From: Candidatus Latescibacterota bacterium
GTDB lineage: Bacteria > Latescibacterota > CBDEFO01
NCBI GenBank assembly: GCA_965237525.1
Contig: CBDEFO010000008.1
Location: 608,001-672,000, forward strand
Length of the DNA: 64,000 nucleotides
Direction: 5' to 3'
In this document: positions 8,593 to 18,793 of the stretch, piece by piece
Layout: each line of letters begins with the position of its first letter
How positions within the stretch are numbered: the first letter of the stretch is position 1
Position numbers and translations under genes: made by a program
Notes under the pieces: model-generated
The model's input: the letters and a program-made list of their open reading frames with translations, nothing else
Told to the model about the DNA's origin: nothing
Database searches by the model: none

Positions 8593-10341
8593 ATGATGGC
8601 TATGCTTATATCCTACGTGACTACAGTTATATCCTTCATTATCACTGTCATTACACCCTTCCTATTTGTGTTGGGAGTTCTGGTCTTCTTCCACGAGTTG
8701 GGACACTTTCTGGTGGCTAAGAAAGCGGGGATCAGGGTGGAGAGGTTTTCCCTGGGATTTCCACCCAAGATGTTCGGTTTTATGATAGGTGAAACTGAGT
8801 ACTGTATTTCATGGATTCCGTTCGGTGGATACGTCAAGTTGGCAGGGATGTCGGACATAGGGTACGAGGAGGTACGCGGCGATCCGTGGGAATTCATGTC
8901 CAAGCCGATTTGGATGAGGATGTCTGTTATCGCTGCAGGACCGCTTATGAACTTCCTCTTAGCTGTTCTGATATTCTTCGCGATACTCTGCTTTATAGGT
9001 AAGACGACCTATAACACGACGGTGATAGGCCAGATAGGTTGGGACTCCTCCGCTCAGTCCGCTGGCTTGAAGTCAGGAGATCAAATACTATCTGTGGGCG
9101 GCAAGAGCGTGGAAAACTGGGATGACATAGCAGAGGCATTCCAAAAAGAGAGCGCAAAAGGAATGACATCGGTGGAGGTCTTAAGAGGAAATGAGACGCT
9201 GTTCTTAAATGTTAATATCGAGGAGGATTTGGGGATAGATCCTTTTATGTCGTCGAAGATTGGTTTGGTCTCAAAGGACTGGCCCGCCCAAAAGATGGGG
9301 CTTGATAGTGGAGATGTGATAACTTCGGTGGAGGGGGAAGCTATAAAAGAGTGGCCGGACGTGAGCAGGAGCATCAGAAAAAGGCCGATGGAAGAGATTA
9401 CCCTAGAGTGGATAAGGAACGGAGAGAAGATGTCCGGAGCGGCTGTGACCAAGACAAGAATCGTTTATGAACCGGATGAAAGGAACGTGGACCTAAATAA
9501 ATTAGTGGACAGTTCTTTGTCTTCTTTTGATAAGAAGACCAAAGAAAAGAAGGTGATAATCAAAAGATTTCTTGCTCACATGCCCATGATAGGAAGTGAT
9601 GAAGATCACTTAAACGGGTTAATTTCGAGCCTGGTAGAAAGGTCGTTGAACTTCATATCCCAGGATGGGGAACTGACAATTCGGACACAGTTTACAGAAA
9701 GCCCCCAAAATGAGAAAGAAGCGGCGTTAGCGATCTTCAGGATCGAAGCATCGAGGGTCTATCCTGAGGTTATTGGGCAAACTGAGGGAGGTCGGACGGA
9801 TAGATACACAATCAGGGGGGAAGACGGGGAATTAGAGGGAATAGTGGCAATCGAAAGGAGTGTCCAAGGGCAGGTCGCGGAGCTGACTCTATATCAGGAA
9901 TATGGGATAATAGGCATAAAATCCGCTGCAGACTATGTTCCCATAGGACTTCTGGAGGCAGCCCATGGGAGTATTGGACGTACTCTATTTATAATGAAGA
10001 TTATTGGGGCTATGATCAAGAACCTAATAGTAGGCGAGGCCTCGCTCAAGCAGTTAGGAGGACCGATTACAATAGCCCGGATGGCGGGAGACAGCGCCCA
10101 GTCGGGACTTGAGCAGCTTTTCACCTTCATGGCCGTTATAAGTATTAACTTGGGAATTTTGAACATGCTTCCCATACCGGCTCTGGACGGCGGACATTTG
10201 ATGTTTCTGACGTTTGAAGGGATTTTCCGGCGACAGCTTTCCATAAGACAGAAAGAGGTTGTTCAGCAAGTAGGAGTGGCTCTGCTACTGTTTTTGATGA
10301 TCTATGTTACCTTCAACGATATCGTCAGGATACTTGAGTAG
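8593..10341 (+). CDS. rseP: RIP metalloprotease RseP (M50, two PDZ domains) with an extra ~140-aa insertion
   Basis: HELGH, GGYVK, AGPLMN, NMLPIPALDGG; uppS-cdsA-dxr context. Confidence 0.93.
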   Translation: MMAMLISYVTTVISFIITVITPFLFVLGVLVFFHELGHFLVAKKAGIRVERFSLGFPPKMFGFMIGETEYCISWIPFGGYVKLAGMSDIGYEEVRGDPWEFMSKPIWMRMSVIAAGPLMNFLLAVLIFFAILCFIGKTTYNTTVIGQIGWDSSAQSAGLKSGDQILSVGGKSVENWDDIAEAFQKESAKGMTSVEVLRGNETLFLNVNIEEDLGIDPFMSSKIGLVSKDWPAQKMGLDSGDVITSVEGEAIKEWPDVSRSIRKRPMEEITLEWIRNGEKMSGAAVTKTRIVYEPDERNVDLNKLVDSSLSSFDKKTKEKKVIIKRFLAHMPMIGSDEDHLNGLISSLVERSLNFISQDGELTIRTQFTESPQNEKEAALAIFRIEASRVYPEVIGQTEGGRTDRYTIRGEDGELEGIVAIERSVQGQVAELTLYQEYGIIGIKSAADYVPIGLLEAAHGSIGRTLFIMKIIGAMIKNLIVGEASLKQLGGPITIARMAGDSAQSGLEQLFTFMAVISINLGILNMLPIPALDGGHLMFLTFEGIFRRQLSIRQKEVVQQVGVALLLFLMIYVTFNDIVRILE

Positions 10342-10376
10342 TCTTGACTCTGTCCCCTCAACTTCTTTTTCTGACG

Positions 10377-10895
10377 CTACTTTGCAATGACAGGCACATC
10401 AAAAAGACCGAAAACTTCTATGAGGATGCCAGTATCGCTGATTCCTATAAATTCAAAGTTGCCTTGGATATTATCTTGAGTAAGTTGCTCAACGATGATC
10501 TGTCCTGAAGTTCCGGTGTCCGTCCTAAACTCGGTGCTCTGCGATGAAAAGATGCCCTGCGCGCCAAATACACCGGTTTTGAGGAGCCCGTAGTTCTTGT
10601 ATTGGTCCCCAAAAGCGGTGGGGAATTGAGTATCAAAGTGGGTCTCTATAAAGAGGTCAATTATATCGCCGATAAGATCGCCTTGGTTGTCCACAGCCTG
10701 GAGATGTATGAACCTTATCTGGGCTTTCTGATTCGCCACGAGCGTAGCTGTAGCTGTCCCTGAGTCCTGGAACAGGAATTGTCTGTCAACTGTGGCAGAG
10801 AGATTTCCGGTCTTTTTAGGCGATGTAGATTCGTCTCCCCCGCAGGCTACAAGGAGAAATAGAATGGATACGACAAGGGCGTGTCTCAGTTTCAT
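10377..10895 (-). CDS. Hypothetical lipoprotein
   Basis: Signal peptide with LVAC lipobox, beta-rich mature region. Confidence 0.75.
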   Translation of the reverse strand: MKLRHALVVSILFLLVACGGDESTSPKKTGNLSATVDRQFLFQDSGTATATLVANQKAQIRFIHLQAVDNQGDLIGDIIDLFIETHFDTQFPTAFGDQYKNYGLLKTGVFGAQGIFSSQSTEFRTDTGTSGQIIVEQLTQDNIQGNFEFIGISDTGILIEVFGLFDVPVIAK

Positions 10896-11012
10896 ATGTA
10901 GCTGTTATCCCGCTTGTTATCCTATCTCCTGACAGATAAAGTTCTGTAATTTACCTTCATGTCGTCAAGGAGTTCTATCTATAATGCTAAAGCAGAGAGG
11001 AGTTATAGAGCG

Positions 11013-11603
11013 ATGAAATATCTTTCGATTCTTCTGACAGTCGCTATGGTATTTGAGACCATTATGTTCTCAGGTCCTGTCTTTGCCCAGGGCAAATTCG
11101 AGTACGATGTTCGACTCTATCTTAAAGACGGAGACATTGTCACCGGAAAATTGATCGAACATTCCGAAGATTTGATTATTTTGAAGGCTAAAAAAGAGAT
11201 ATTCACCTTTGAACCTGAAGAGGTAGATAAGATTGTCACCCTCGATTCCCTCGGGGCGGGGGCCAAGACAGTTGAGGTCATCACGTTTCCTAGGATAGGC
11301 TTTTTAGGAGCCACAGTCGGATTGGGAGCCGTAGCTCTCTTAGCGTTCAACAGCGCCTCCGAAAAGGACAAAGACGCAGAGAACAACAGGAGTTCAGATG
11401 ACCCAAAACTTATAGCATCAGCTGAGAAATTGGAAGATGAGGCTACGACGCGCAGGCTCATCGGCTGGATCGCCACGAGCCTTGCTGTGGGCGCCACAGG
11501 CTTTGCATTCTATCCCGAAAAGGAAGAAAGGCGAATCTTTCCCGACGTTAGTCTTATGCCCGGGAATATGTCTGTTAAAGTTACGTACGCTGTCCAGTTT
11601 TGA
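11013..11603 (+). CDS. Hypothetical exported/membrane protein
   Basis: Signal peptide ending VFA-Q, N-terminal LKDGDIVTG domain, two hydrophobic segments; GAGG upstream. Confidence 0.7.
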   Translation: MKYLSILLTVAMVFETIMFSGPVFAQGKFEYDVRLYLKDGDIVTGKLIEHSEDLIILKAKKEIFTFEPEEVDKIVTLDSLGAGAKTVEVITFPRIGFLGATVGLGAVALLAFNSASEKDKDAENNRSSDDPKLIASAEKLEDEATTRRLIGWIATSLAVGATGFAFYPEKEERRIFPDVSLMPGNMSVKVTYAVQF

Positions 11604-11651
11604 ATCGGTATTTGGCCTTGTTACCTGATATTCGATTATGTTTTCCGCCCG

Positions 11652-12944
11652 TTAGATGCCTTCATAAAGCGTTGTATATGGTCCTGGCCAACTCTCACCA
11701 TATACTTCAATCACTTTCTCCAAATGTTCTCTTGGAGCCGCTGATTCTATTTCATCCAGATAATCGAAAAATTCACCCCTAGTGTTTTGTGAGAAAATCT
11801 TTGTTCCATAATCTATTTCTTCGCATAAGGGATGTTCCCTTAGATAACTATGACATTCGTTGTCTATGAACATGGCATCGCAATATGGCAATAAAGTTGA
11901 TATCATCTCAATATCATTATTTATGCCTAGATTTGGAAGCTTCTTTTTACCAGCACCAGCCTTGCGAGCTAACGCTGCAACTAGCAAAGCCCCAATCTTA
12001 TTAAATGGGACGTCCTTTAAAGAGGAAGAGTTCAGATACTCTGACGTTTTGGAGAATATATCGGAATCCTGTATCCCTGCCTCCTTAAACACCGCACGAA
12101 CTGAGTGAATTAAGATAGTTGAAACCGGAGGGGATAGATTGTTTGCTGTCATTTCTGCAAAGCCTGCTGATATTTCTGCAAGTCTGCTCAGATGAATCCA
12201 ATGAACTTGCAAGATTCCTCTTCCTAAAGCCATGCTTTCTTCCTCAAACCAATCGTTAAAGGTTTTATCTTCCTCATCTTTCCAGCGTTCAAAGACTTTA
12301 CTTAATGCCTCAAAAAGTTTTTCTCTATCCTTTCGCAAATTCTCTATCCCATCCTCACCTATTATCGAATCTACTGACAGTATCCATCTTTCTTGCCACG
12401 CGTTAATTTCCCCGTGTACCACAGAATGCACATCTAAGTTAAGATTTTCTTTCTGCTTACCAGAGATCCAATTCTTAGCATGCTCACATATTTGAAATCG
12501 TTCAATTCTCGTATGATCATCGAAGCTAACTCCATAAGACAGTGATTTATACATCCGCTTTAGAGGTTTAACATAAGGTGACAAAAGGGATTCCTCCCTG
12601 TGGAAAGCAGAGTCAGGACAAATTGCAAGCTGCAATTTACATAAGCTATGAAGCCTTTCAAGTAGTCTAACCCAAAACCCATCTAATGTTCCTTTCTTAT
12701 ACGCTTTCGTCTTAGGGTTAATTGCTTTCATCATATTGCTTATCGCAAATTGATCGATATATATAATTTTTTTGTTTAACTCAGGGAGAGGGTAACTCAT
12801 CGTGTTCCGACACTCTTTACATCTTCGAACGTAGTGATGGTCACAGACCATCAAGACAACAAAGCTGTCTGGAGCATTACAACGTAGGCATTTACGATAT
12901 GGTGGTCTAATAAATATTTTTGGATCAAATTCAAAGGTATTCAT
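11652..12944 (-). CDS. Hypothetical protein with N-terminal Zn ribbon and PIN-like acidic motifs, AT-rich
   Basis: CLRC...CKEC; IIYIDQFAISN; NDIEMISTLLPYCDAMFIDNE. Confidence 0.65.
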   Translation of the reverse strand: MNTFEFDPKIFIRPPYRKCLRCNAPDSFVVLMVCDHHYVRRCKECRNTMSYPLPELNKKIIYIDQFAISNMMKAINPKTKAYKKGTLDGFWVRLLERLHSLCKLQLAICPDSAFHREESLLSPYVKPLKRMYKSLSYGVSFDDHTRIERFQICEHAKNWISGKQKENLNLDVHSVVHGEINAWQERWILSVDSIIGEDGIENLRKDREKLFEALSKVFERWKDEEDKTFNDWFEEESMALGRGILQVHWIHLSRLAEISAGFAEMTANNLSPPVSTILIHSVRAVFKEAGIQDSDIFSKTSEYLNSSSLKDVPFNKIGALLVAALARKAGAGKKKLPNLGINNDIEMISTLLPYCDAMFIDNECHSYLREHPLCEEIDYGTKIFSQNTRGEFFDYLDEIESAAPREHLEKVIEVYGESWPGPYTTLYEGI

Positions 12945-12990
12945 TCATCATTCCGTTTGGGTTGTGGAATCCCAAAATGTTATTGTTCTA

Positions 12991-13275
12991 TCATTCTTTT
13001 GAATAGTGCTCAATCCTATCTTTAATCCAGTTCCAATCAGGTCTCCCATGATCGAAGAAGGATTCAAAATTGTCCTTAAGCCACTCATAGTAATCATCCT
13101 CAGCATATTTGCAGAAAGTCGCTACAAGCACTTCTTTGGAAATATCCTCAGGTATTTCTACCCCTTCAAGTTCTTCAGCTAGGAATTCCTGCAGAACTCC
13201 TCTATCAAGTATGTTGCCATCCCTTATTGATTAGCTATCTTTCTGATATTCTTACCTAATTTCGCTATTGTGTAG
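12991..13275 (-). pseudogene. Frameshifted, start-less small ORF remnant
   Basis: YTIAKLGKNIRKIANQ* then, in another frame, IRDGNILDRGVLQEFL...WNWIKDRIEHYSKE*. Confidence 0.4.
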
Positions 13276-13301
13276 ACAATTCTAGTTATTCTAAGTTCCG
13301 C

Positions 13302-14498
13302 CTATCTATCCAGCTTACTCAGCCCCTCTTCTATTCTATCCAGAGCCTTCTCTATATTCTCCATAGACGTAGCGTATGAAAGCCTTATGTTCTCATCCGT
13401 CCCGAAGCCTGCGCCGGGCACGCAGGCGACTTTTGCCTCATCAAGGAGATAAGTGCACATGGCGACCGAGCCTTCTATGGCTTTCCCGTTGAAGCGAGAA
13501 CCATAGTAGGACGATACATCGGGATAGGCGTAGAAGGAACCTTTGGGAGTGATGCACGATGCTCCCTCAATAGAATTCAGCCTCTCTAGAATATATCTCC
13601 GGCGCTCGTCGAAGGCTTTGAGCATCTCATTAAAAGCGTCCTTGGAACCCGTTATAGCTTCCAGAGCCGCCATCTGAGAGATGGAGGAGGGATTTGAGGT
13701 CTCCTGGCTCTGGATCTTACCCATAGCCTTTATGACATCCCCTGGTCCCGCCGCGTACCCTATCCTCCAGCCCGTCATAGCGTAGGTCTTGGACACACCG
13801 TTCACAGTGATGGTCTGATCCTTCATCCCATCTCGAAGGGCTGCTATGCTGTAGTGAACCTCGCCGTCGTAGATTATGCTCTCGTACATCTCGTCGGAGA
13901 TGACCCAGACGCCTGTATCTAAAAGTACATCCGCAAGCCCCTCTAGTTCCTCCTTAGTGTAAACCGCGCCGCTCGGATTGGATGGGCTGTTCAGCATGAA
14001 CAGCCTGGTCTTGGGGGTAACTGCATCCTTCAACTGTCCGGGAGTGATCTTGAGGCCCGTTTCCTTCTCAGCCTTCACGAGCACGGGATTCCCACCTGCA
14101 AGCTTGGGCTGTTCAGTATACGTGACCCAATACGGAGCGGGGATTATCACCTCATCACCCGGATTTAGGATGGCCATCACAGCTATGAATATCGAATGCT
14201 TGGCCCCACAGCTTACCACCACTTCCGAAGGCTCGTAATCTAAATCATTATCCCTCTTAAATTTCTGGCAGATAGCCTCTCTCAGCTCAGGGATGCCCAC
14301 CGCTGGTGTGTACTTCGTAAATCCGCTCTGGATAGCCCTGTATGCCGCCTCCTTTATGTTCTCTGGAGTGTCGAAGTCCGGCTCTCCCGCGCTCATCGAT
14401 ATTACATCGATCCCCTGTGCCTTCATAGCCTTTGCCTTGTCTGTTACGGCCATAGTTATAGAAGGCTCCATCCTCTGTACGTTCCTCGAGATTTCCAT
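13302..14498 (-). CDS. aspC: Aspartate aminotransferase (PLP class I/II)
   Basis: AGEPDFDTP, NSPSNPSG, SDEMY, SKTYAMTGWRIGY. Confidence 0.9.
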   Translation of the reverse strand: MEISRNVQRMEPSITMAVTDKAKAMKAQGIDVISMSAGEPDFDTPENIKEAAYRAIQSGFTKYTPAVGIPELREAICQKFKRDNDLDYEPSEVVVSCGAKHSIFIAVMAILNPGDEVIIPAPYWVTYTEQPKLAGGNPVLVKAEKETGLKITPGQLKDAVTPKTRLFMLNSPSNPSGAVYTKEELEGLADVLLDTGVWVISDEMYESIIYDGEVHYSIAALRDGMKDQTITVNGVSKTYAMTGWRIGYAAGPGDVIKAMGKIQSQETSNPSSISQMAALEAITGSKDAFNEMLKAFDERRRYILERLNSIEGASCITPKGSFYAYPDVSSYYGSRFNGKAIEGSVAMCTYLLDEAKVACVPGAGFGTDENIRLSYATSMENIEKALDRIEEGLSKLDR

Positions 14499-14600
14499 TC
14501 TTGATCCTTCTTTTTCCCCCCAAATTGGTAGAACAGACATTTTTGTCTGTTCCATGTCAGAGGGAGAATATCTGACCCACCGATACTTTTGGAGGGGACA

Positions 14601-15806
14601 TCAAGTTGTGTACTCAGCGTTTATCTTTACATAATCGTAGGTAAGGTCGCAGGTGTAGAACTCTATCTTCTCTGAACCTTGCCCCAGGTCTATGTCGATA
14701 CAGACGTTCTCCTCAGACAAGACCTCTACTGCCTTTGCGTGATCGAAATCGACTCCGAGACCGTTCTGGTAGACTGAGATGCCTCCGATCTTGACCGTGA
14801 TAGTTCGCTCATCCACATCTACACCTGAGTATCCTAGGGCGCACAGGATCCTGCCCCAGTTCGGGTCCCTTCCGAACACAGCCGTCTTGACCAGATTCGA
14901 CTCAGCTACAGATTTTGCTGCCTTTTTCGCATCTTCAAATGTCCTTGCTCCCTCCACTTTGACAGTCACAAATTTCGTGGCGCCCTCTCCATCTTTGGCT
15001 ATCATCTTGGCAAGCTCAAGCGTCGCGAAGTCCAATGCCTCCACAAACTTGGCGGTATCATCAGACTCCAGTACAAGGGAAGATGTCCCCGACATCCCGT
15101 TAGCCAGCACGATCACAATGTCGCTGGTGCTCATATCTCCGTCTACCGTTATGCAGTTGAACGAACGATCAACAGATTTGCGGAGCAGTTCTCCTAATAG
15201 ATCAGATTCTATGGAAGCGTCAGTAGTAATAAAGCAATGCATGGTGGCCATATTGGGAGCGATCATCCCGGACCCCTTTGCAATTCCGCCTACAGATACA
15301 AGACCGTCTGAAAGCTGGATTTCGACTGCGATCTTTTTGGGGAAAGTATCTGTGGTCATAATTCCGAGCGCCGCTGCGTCTCCCCCGTCCACAGAAAGTT
15401 CTTGTGCGATTCTCTTGATCCCAGCCTCAATCTTATCCATAGGTAGCGGGACTCCTATGACACCCGTAGATGTCGCAAGCACGTCCTCACTTCTTATACC
15501 CAGAACTTCTGCGGTCAGCTTTGCAGTCCTCTCTGCGTTTTCAAATCCCCTGTCGCCTGTACATGTGTTGGCGTTTCCGCTATTTGCGATTATGGCCTGT
15601 GCCCTGCCGTCCTCTAAATGCTTCTGATTAAGAAAAATCGGCGGTGCCTTTACTTTATTTTGTGTATAGACAGCCGCCGCATTTCCAGGGTTCTCTGATA
15701 ATATCAAAGACAAGTCCCTAAGGTCAGGATCGTCCTTTATCCCGCAGCGTATGCCAGCCGCTTTGAAGCCTTTGGGAGTTGTTACAGAACCTCGTATGAC
15801 GTTCAC
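14601..15806 (-). CDS. argJ: Glutamate N-acetyltransferase / ornithine acetyltransferase
   Basis: NSGNAN, IMTTDT, KGSGMIAPNMATM, DGEGATK, DPNWGRI, INAEYTT. Confidence 0.96.
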   Translation of the reverse strand: MNVIRGSVTTPKGFKAAGIRCGIKDDPDLRDLSLILSENPGNAAAVYTQNKVKAPPIFLNQKHLEDGRAQAIIANSGNANTCTGDRGFENAERTAKLTAEVLGIRSEDVLATSTGVIGVPLPMDKIEAGIKRIAQELSVDGGDAAALGIMTTDTFPKKIAVEIQLSDGLVSVGGIAKGSGMIAPNMATMHCFITTDASIESDLLGELLRKSVDRSFNCITVDGDMSTSDIVIVLANGMSGTSSLVLESDDTAKFVEALDFATLELAKMIAKDGEGATKFVTVKVEGARTFEDAKKAAKSVAESNLVKTAVFGRDPNWGRILCALGYSGVDVDERTITVKIGGISVYQNGLGVDFDHAKAVEVLSEENVCIDIDLGQGSEKIEFYTCDLTYDYVKINAEYTT

Positions 15807-15892
15807 TCTAGTATCCTTTTATCTTTGTGACATTTTGTATGGATGAAAATCGGTAGATGGGAAGCAATGACATTACTTGGTTTTTTGCCTTC

Positions 15893-15927
15893 GGTCATTG
15901 CGTGAGTTGCAACCCCCAAGCAATCTC
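15893..15927. repeat. Repeat family B (GTCATTGCG...GCAATCTC) copy overlapping the aminotransferase stop
   Basis: ggtcattgcgtgag...caagcaatctc, plus the inverted arm gcaatgac at 15864-15871. Confidence 0.65.
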
Positions 15928-17095
15928 AAAAGAGGCATTTTTTGATATTCCTGACCGCCTGTCTGATGCGATGCTCGTTTTCAACAAGGGCGATTCTGAC
16001 GTACCCTTCTCCCTTATCCCCGAAGCCCACACCCGGGGCCACCGCGACCTCCGCTTCCTTCATAAGCTTCATGGAAAACTCGATAGATCCCATAGACTTA
16101 TATTCCTCGGGCAGGGCGGCCCACACGAACATAGTTGCCCTCGGCTTTTGGATAGGCCATCCTATGCGATTCAGACCGTCCACCAGGACGTCTCTCCTGT
16201 TCTTGTAAATCTGTGCCGCTTCTCTTACGCAGTCTTGAGGTCCGTCCAGGGCCGCTATTGCAGCCACCTGCACAGGAGTAAAGATACCGTAGTCGTAATA
16301 TCCCTTTATCTTTGCAAGTGCCGCTATGACATCCCTGTTGCCCACGCAGAAGCCGATCCTCCAGCCGGCCATGTTGTAGGATTTGGACATGGTGAAGAAC
16401 TCGACGCCGACGTCCTTTGCTCCCTTAACTTGCATAAGGCTCGGAGCCTCGTAACCGTCGAACACGATGTCCGAATACGCCATATCGTGTATGACGACTA
16501 TCCCCTGCTTTCGACCGAAGGCGGCTAGTTCCTCCAAAAACCCAATGTCTACAGTGGCCGCTGTGGGATTGTGGGGAAAGTTGAAGATCATCATCTTGGG
16601 CTTTGGCCACAGTTCCCTTGTGATCTCCTCTATGTCCGGAACGAAGTCCTTTTCTTCTTTCAACGGAATGCTGACCACGTTTCCGCCAGCTATAGCCACG
16701 CCGTAGATGTGAATCGGGTACGTGGGATTGGGAACCAGAGCCAGATCTCCCGGATCGAGCAGCGCCAGGCATATGTGGGCCAAACCCTCCTTAGAGCCTA
16801 TCACTGATATCGCCTCCTCCTCCCAATCCAGATCCACGTCAAAGCGACGCTTATAGTGACGGCAGATGGCCTTCCTGGTGGCGGGTATTCCCTTTGACGC
16901 TGAATACCGATGCGCCTTGGGATCGTGCGCCACCTCGCACAGTTTCTCTATTATGTGCGAGGGAGCAGGTCTGTCGGGACATCCCATCCCCAGGTCAATA
17001 ATGTCAACGCCCTGCTGTCGGAGTTTGAGCTTGAGGTCGTTGATGCGACCAAACATATAGGGTGGAAGTCTTTCCAAACGCTGAGTTTTAATCAT
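15926..17095 (-). CDS. PLP aminotransferase, AlaC / LL-diaminopimelate aminotransferase-like
   Basis: [48 protein letters not shown]. Confidence 0.88.
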   Translation of the reverse strand: MIKTQRLERLPPYMFGRINDLKLKLRQQGVDIIDLGMGCPDRPAPSHIIEKLCEVAHDPKAHRYSASKGIPATRKAICRHYKRRFDVDLDWEEEAISVIGSKEGLAHICLALLDPGDLALVPNPTYPIHIYGVAIAGGNVVSIPLKEEKDFVPDIEEITRELWPKPKMMIFNFPHNPTAATVDIGFLEELAAFGRKQGIVVIHDMAYSDIVFDGYEAPSLMQVKGAKDVGVEFFTMSKSYNMAGWRIGFCVGNRDVIAALAKIKGYYDYGIFTPVQVAAIAALDGPQDCVREAAQIYKNRRDVLVDGLNRIGWPIQKPRATMFVWAALPEEYKSMGSIEFSMKLMKEAEVAVAPGVGFGDKGEGYVRIALVENEHRIRQAVRNIKKCLF

Positions 17096-17155
17096 TTAGA
17101 TAGGCCCCTCCGAGAGCAAGTGGACAGGAGCACCTCTCTCATCTCTGTACGCTGT

Positions 17156-18736
17156 CTACTTTTTTGGTAGACCTTTAAAGAGATCTTGTAGCTCAAACTG
17201 TCCACTAAAGCTATCCAGCTTGCCTCTATCACATTCGTAGAGACGCCGACAGTGTCCCATGAGTCCTTCCCCGTCTGAAGACTCGATGAGGACCCTCACC
17301 TTTGCTGCGGTTCCGTGTCCGCTCGAAAGCACGCGAACCTTATAGTCCTCAAGATGAACCTGTTCAAGCTCAGGATAGAATCTGTAGAGAGCCTTTCTCA
17401 GAGCGCTATCCAGAGCATTTACAGGTCCATTTCCCTTTCCGACCGTATGTTCGTTTTCTCCACTCACAGATACCTCAACTATAGCTTCGGAGAAGAGCCG
17501 TCCGTCTTCGTCCTGTCTTACCACAGTGCGATAGCTTATCGTACGGAAAGGCTCCTGATAGCTGCCCATGATCTTTCTTGCACGTATTTCGAACGAAGCA
17601 TCGGCAGCTTCAAAGGCGTATCCCTGGTTTTCAAGTTGCTTCACATCAGCCAGGACCTTCCCGACGTCAGGGTCCTGCTTGCTGATCTGTGGTTTGATCC
17701 TTTGCAACTTACTTACCACAGTAGAGCCGCCCGACTGATCGGAGACTAGGAATCGCCGCTCATTGCCCACAGATTGGGGATCGACATGCTCGAAAGACCG
17801 CCTCACCTTCATAACCCCATCCACGTGCGCTCCTCCCTTGTGGGCAAAGGCGCTCTTCCCCACGTAGGGCTGTCTGTGATCGTGAAAGACGTTTGCCACT
17901 TCGCTTACATAGCGGGATACCTCCATCAGCTCAAACAGTTTCTCTCTCCCGATACATGCCAGATTCAGCTTGAGCTCGATACTTGGAATTACCGTGCAAA
18001 GATTCGCGTTCCCGCAGCGTTCACCGTAGCCGTTTATGGTTCCCTGAACCTGAAGGGCGCCCAACTGCACAGCGGCTATCGTGTTGGATTCTGCAGATCC
18101 AGCGTCGTTGTGAGTATGTATCCCGAAGGAAATCGAAGTGTGCTTTACGGTCTCTTTTATTATCATCTCGATATCTGAAGTGAGCATTCCCCCGTTGGTA
18201 TCGCACAAGATCAGAATATCCGCTCCTCCCGCCTCTGCTGCGATCAGAGTCTTAATTGCATAACGAGGATCTGCTCTATAGCCGTCGAAATAGTGCTCAG
18301 CGTCATAGATGACCTCTTTGCCCTTGTCTTTAAGATAACGCACCGAGTCCTCAATCAATATCAGATTCTCATCCAAAGTCGTCCTTAACACCTCTGTCAC
18401 GTGAAGGTCCCAACTCTTTCCGAAGATGGCTATGGCCTCGGTTTGGGCGTTTAAGAGAGTGTTCAATATCGCATCGTCTTCGGGCTTATTTGCCGTCCTC
18501 CTGGTAGAGCCGAATGCAGTGATCCTGGCGTTTTTGAACTTGTAATCCTTTGATCTTTCAAAGAAGGCCAGATCCTTCGGATTGGTGGGATTGGGCCAGC
18601 CACCCTCGATATAGTGGACTCCTAAAGAGTCCAGCCTTCGGGCGATAGAGATCTTATCCTCCCAAGAGAAATTGATTCCCTCGCCCTGAGCCCCATCTCT
18701 CAAAGTCGAGTCGAAAACTTCTACTTCTGCTTCCAA
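17156..18736 (-). CDS. cimA: Citramalate synthase; the C-terminal ~30 codons are frameshifted in this sequence
   Basis: DSTLRDGAQGEG, GKSWDLHV, AFAHKGG, GNGPVNALD; the conserved tail WDTVGVSTNVIEASWIALVDS lies in another frame after 17269-17272. Confidence 0.92.
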   Translation of the reverse strand: MEAEVEVFDSTLRDGAQGEGINFSWEDKISIARRLDSLGVHYIEGGWPNPTNPKDLAFFERSKDYKFKNARITAFGSTRRTANKPEDDAILNTLLNAQTEAIAIFGKSWDLHVTEVLRTTLDENLILIEDSVRYLKDKGKEVIYDAEHYFDGYRADPRYAIKTLIAAEAGGADILILCDTNGGMLTSDIEMIIKETVKHTSISFGIHTHNDAGSAESNTIAAVQLGALQVQGTINGYGERCGNANLCTVIPSIELKLNLACIGREKLFELMEVSRYVSEVANVFHDHRQPYVGKSAFAHKGGAHVDGVMKVRRSFEHVDPQSVGNERRFLVSDQSGGSTVVSKLQRIKPQISKQDPDVGKVLADVKQLENQGYAFEAADASFEIRARKIMGSYQEPFRTISYRTVVRQDEDGRLFSEAIVEVSVSGENEHTVGKGNGPVNALDSALRKALYRFYPELEQVHLEDYKVRVLSSGHGTAAKVRVLIESSDGEGLMGHCRRLYECDRGKLDSFSGQFELQDLFKGLPKK

Positions 18737-18793
18737 CGCAATACCTCCTGCACCTTTCGATCAATTTGCCCCTCGGGACCTTTCTTAGATATT

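Noticed and set aside
11604..11660. Integron attC site after the PIN-like gene (stop lies in ATCTAAC)
   Set aside because: No matching GTTAGAT-type core or paired L boxes downstream, and no integrase
14779..15627. 282-aa plus-strand ORF and similar antisense ORFs (e.g. 15857-16528, 20652-21458, 23037-23660)
   Set aside because: Shadows of well-supported genes on the opposite strand, with no motifs of their own
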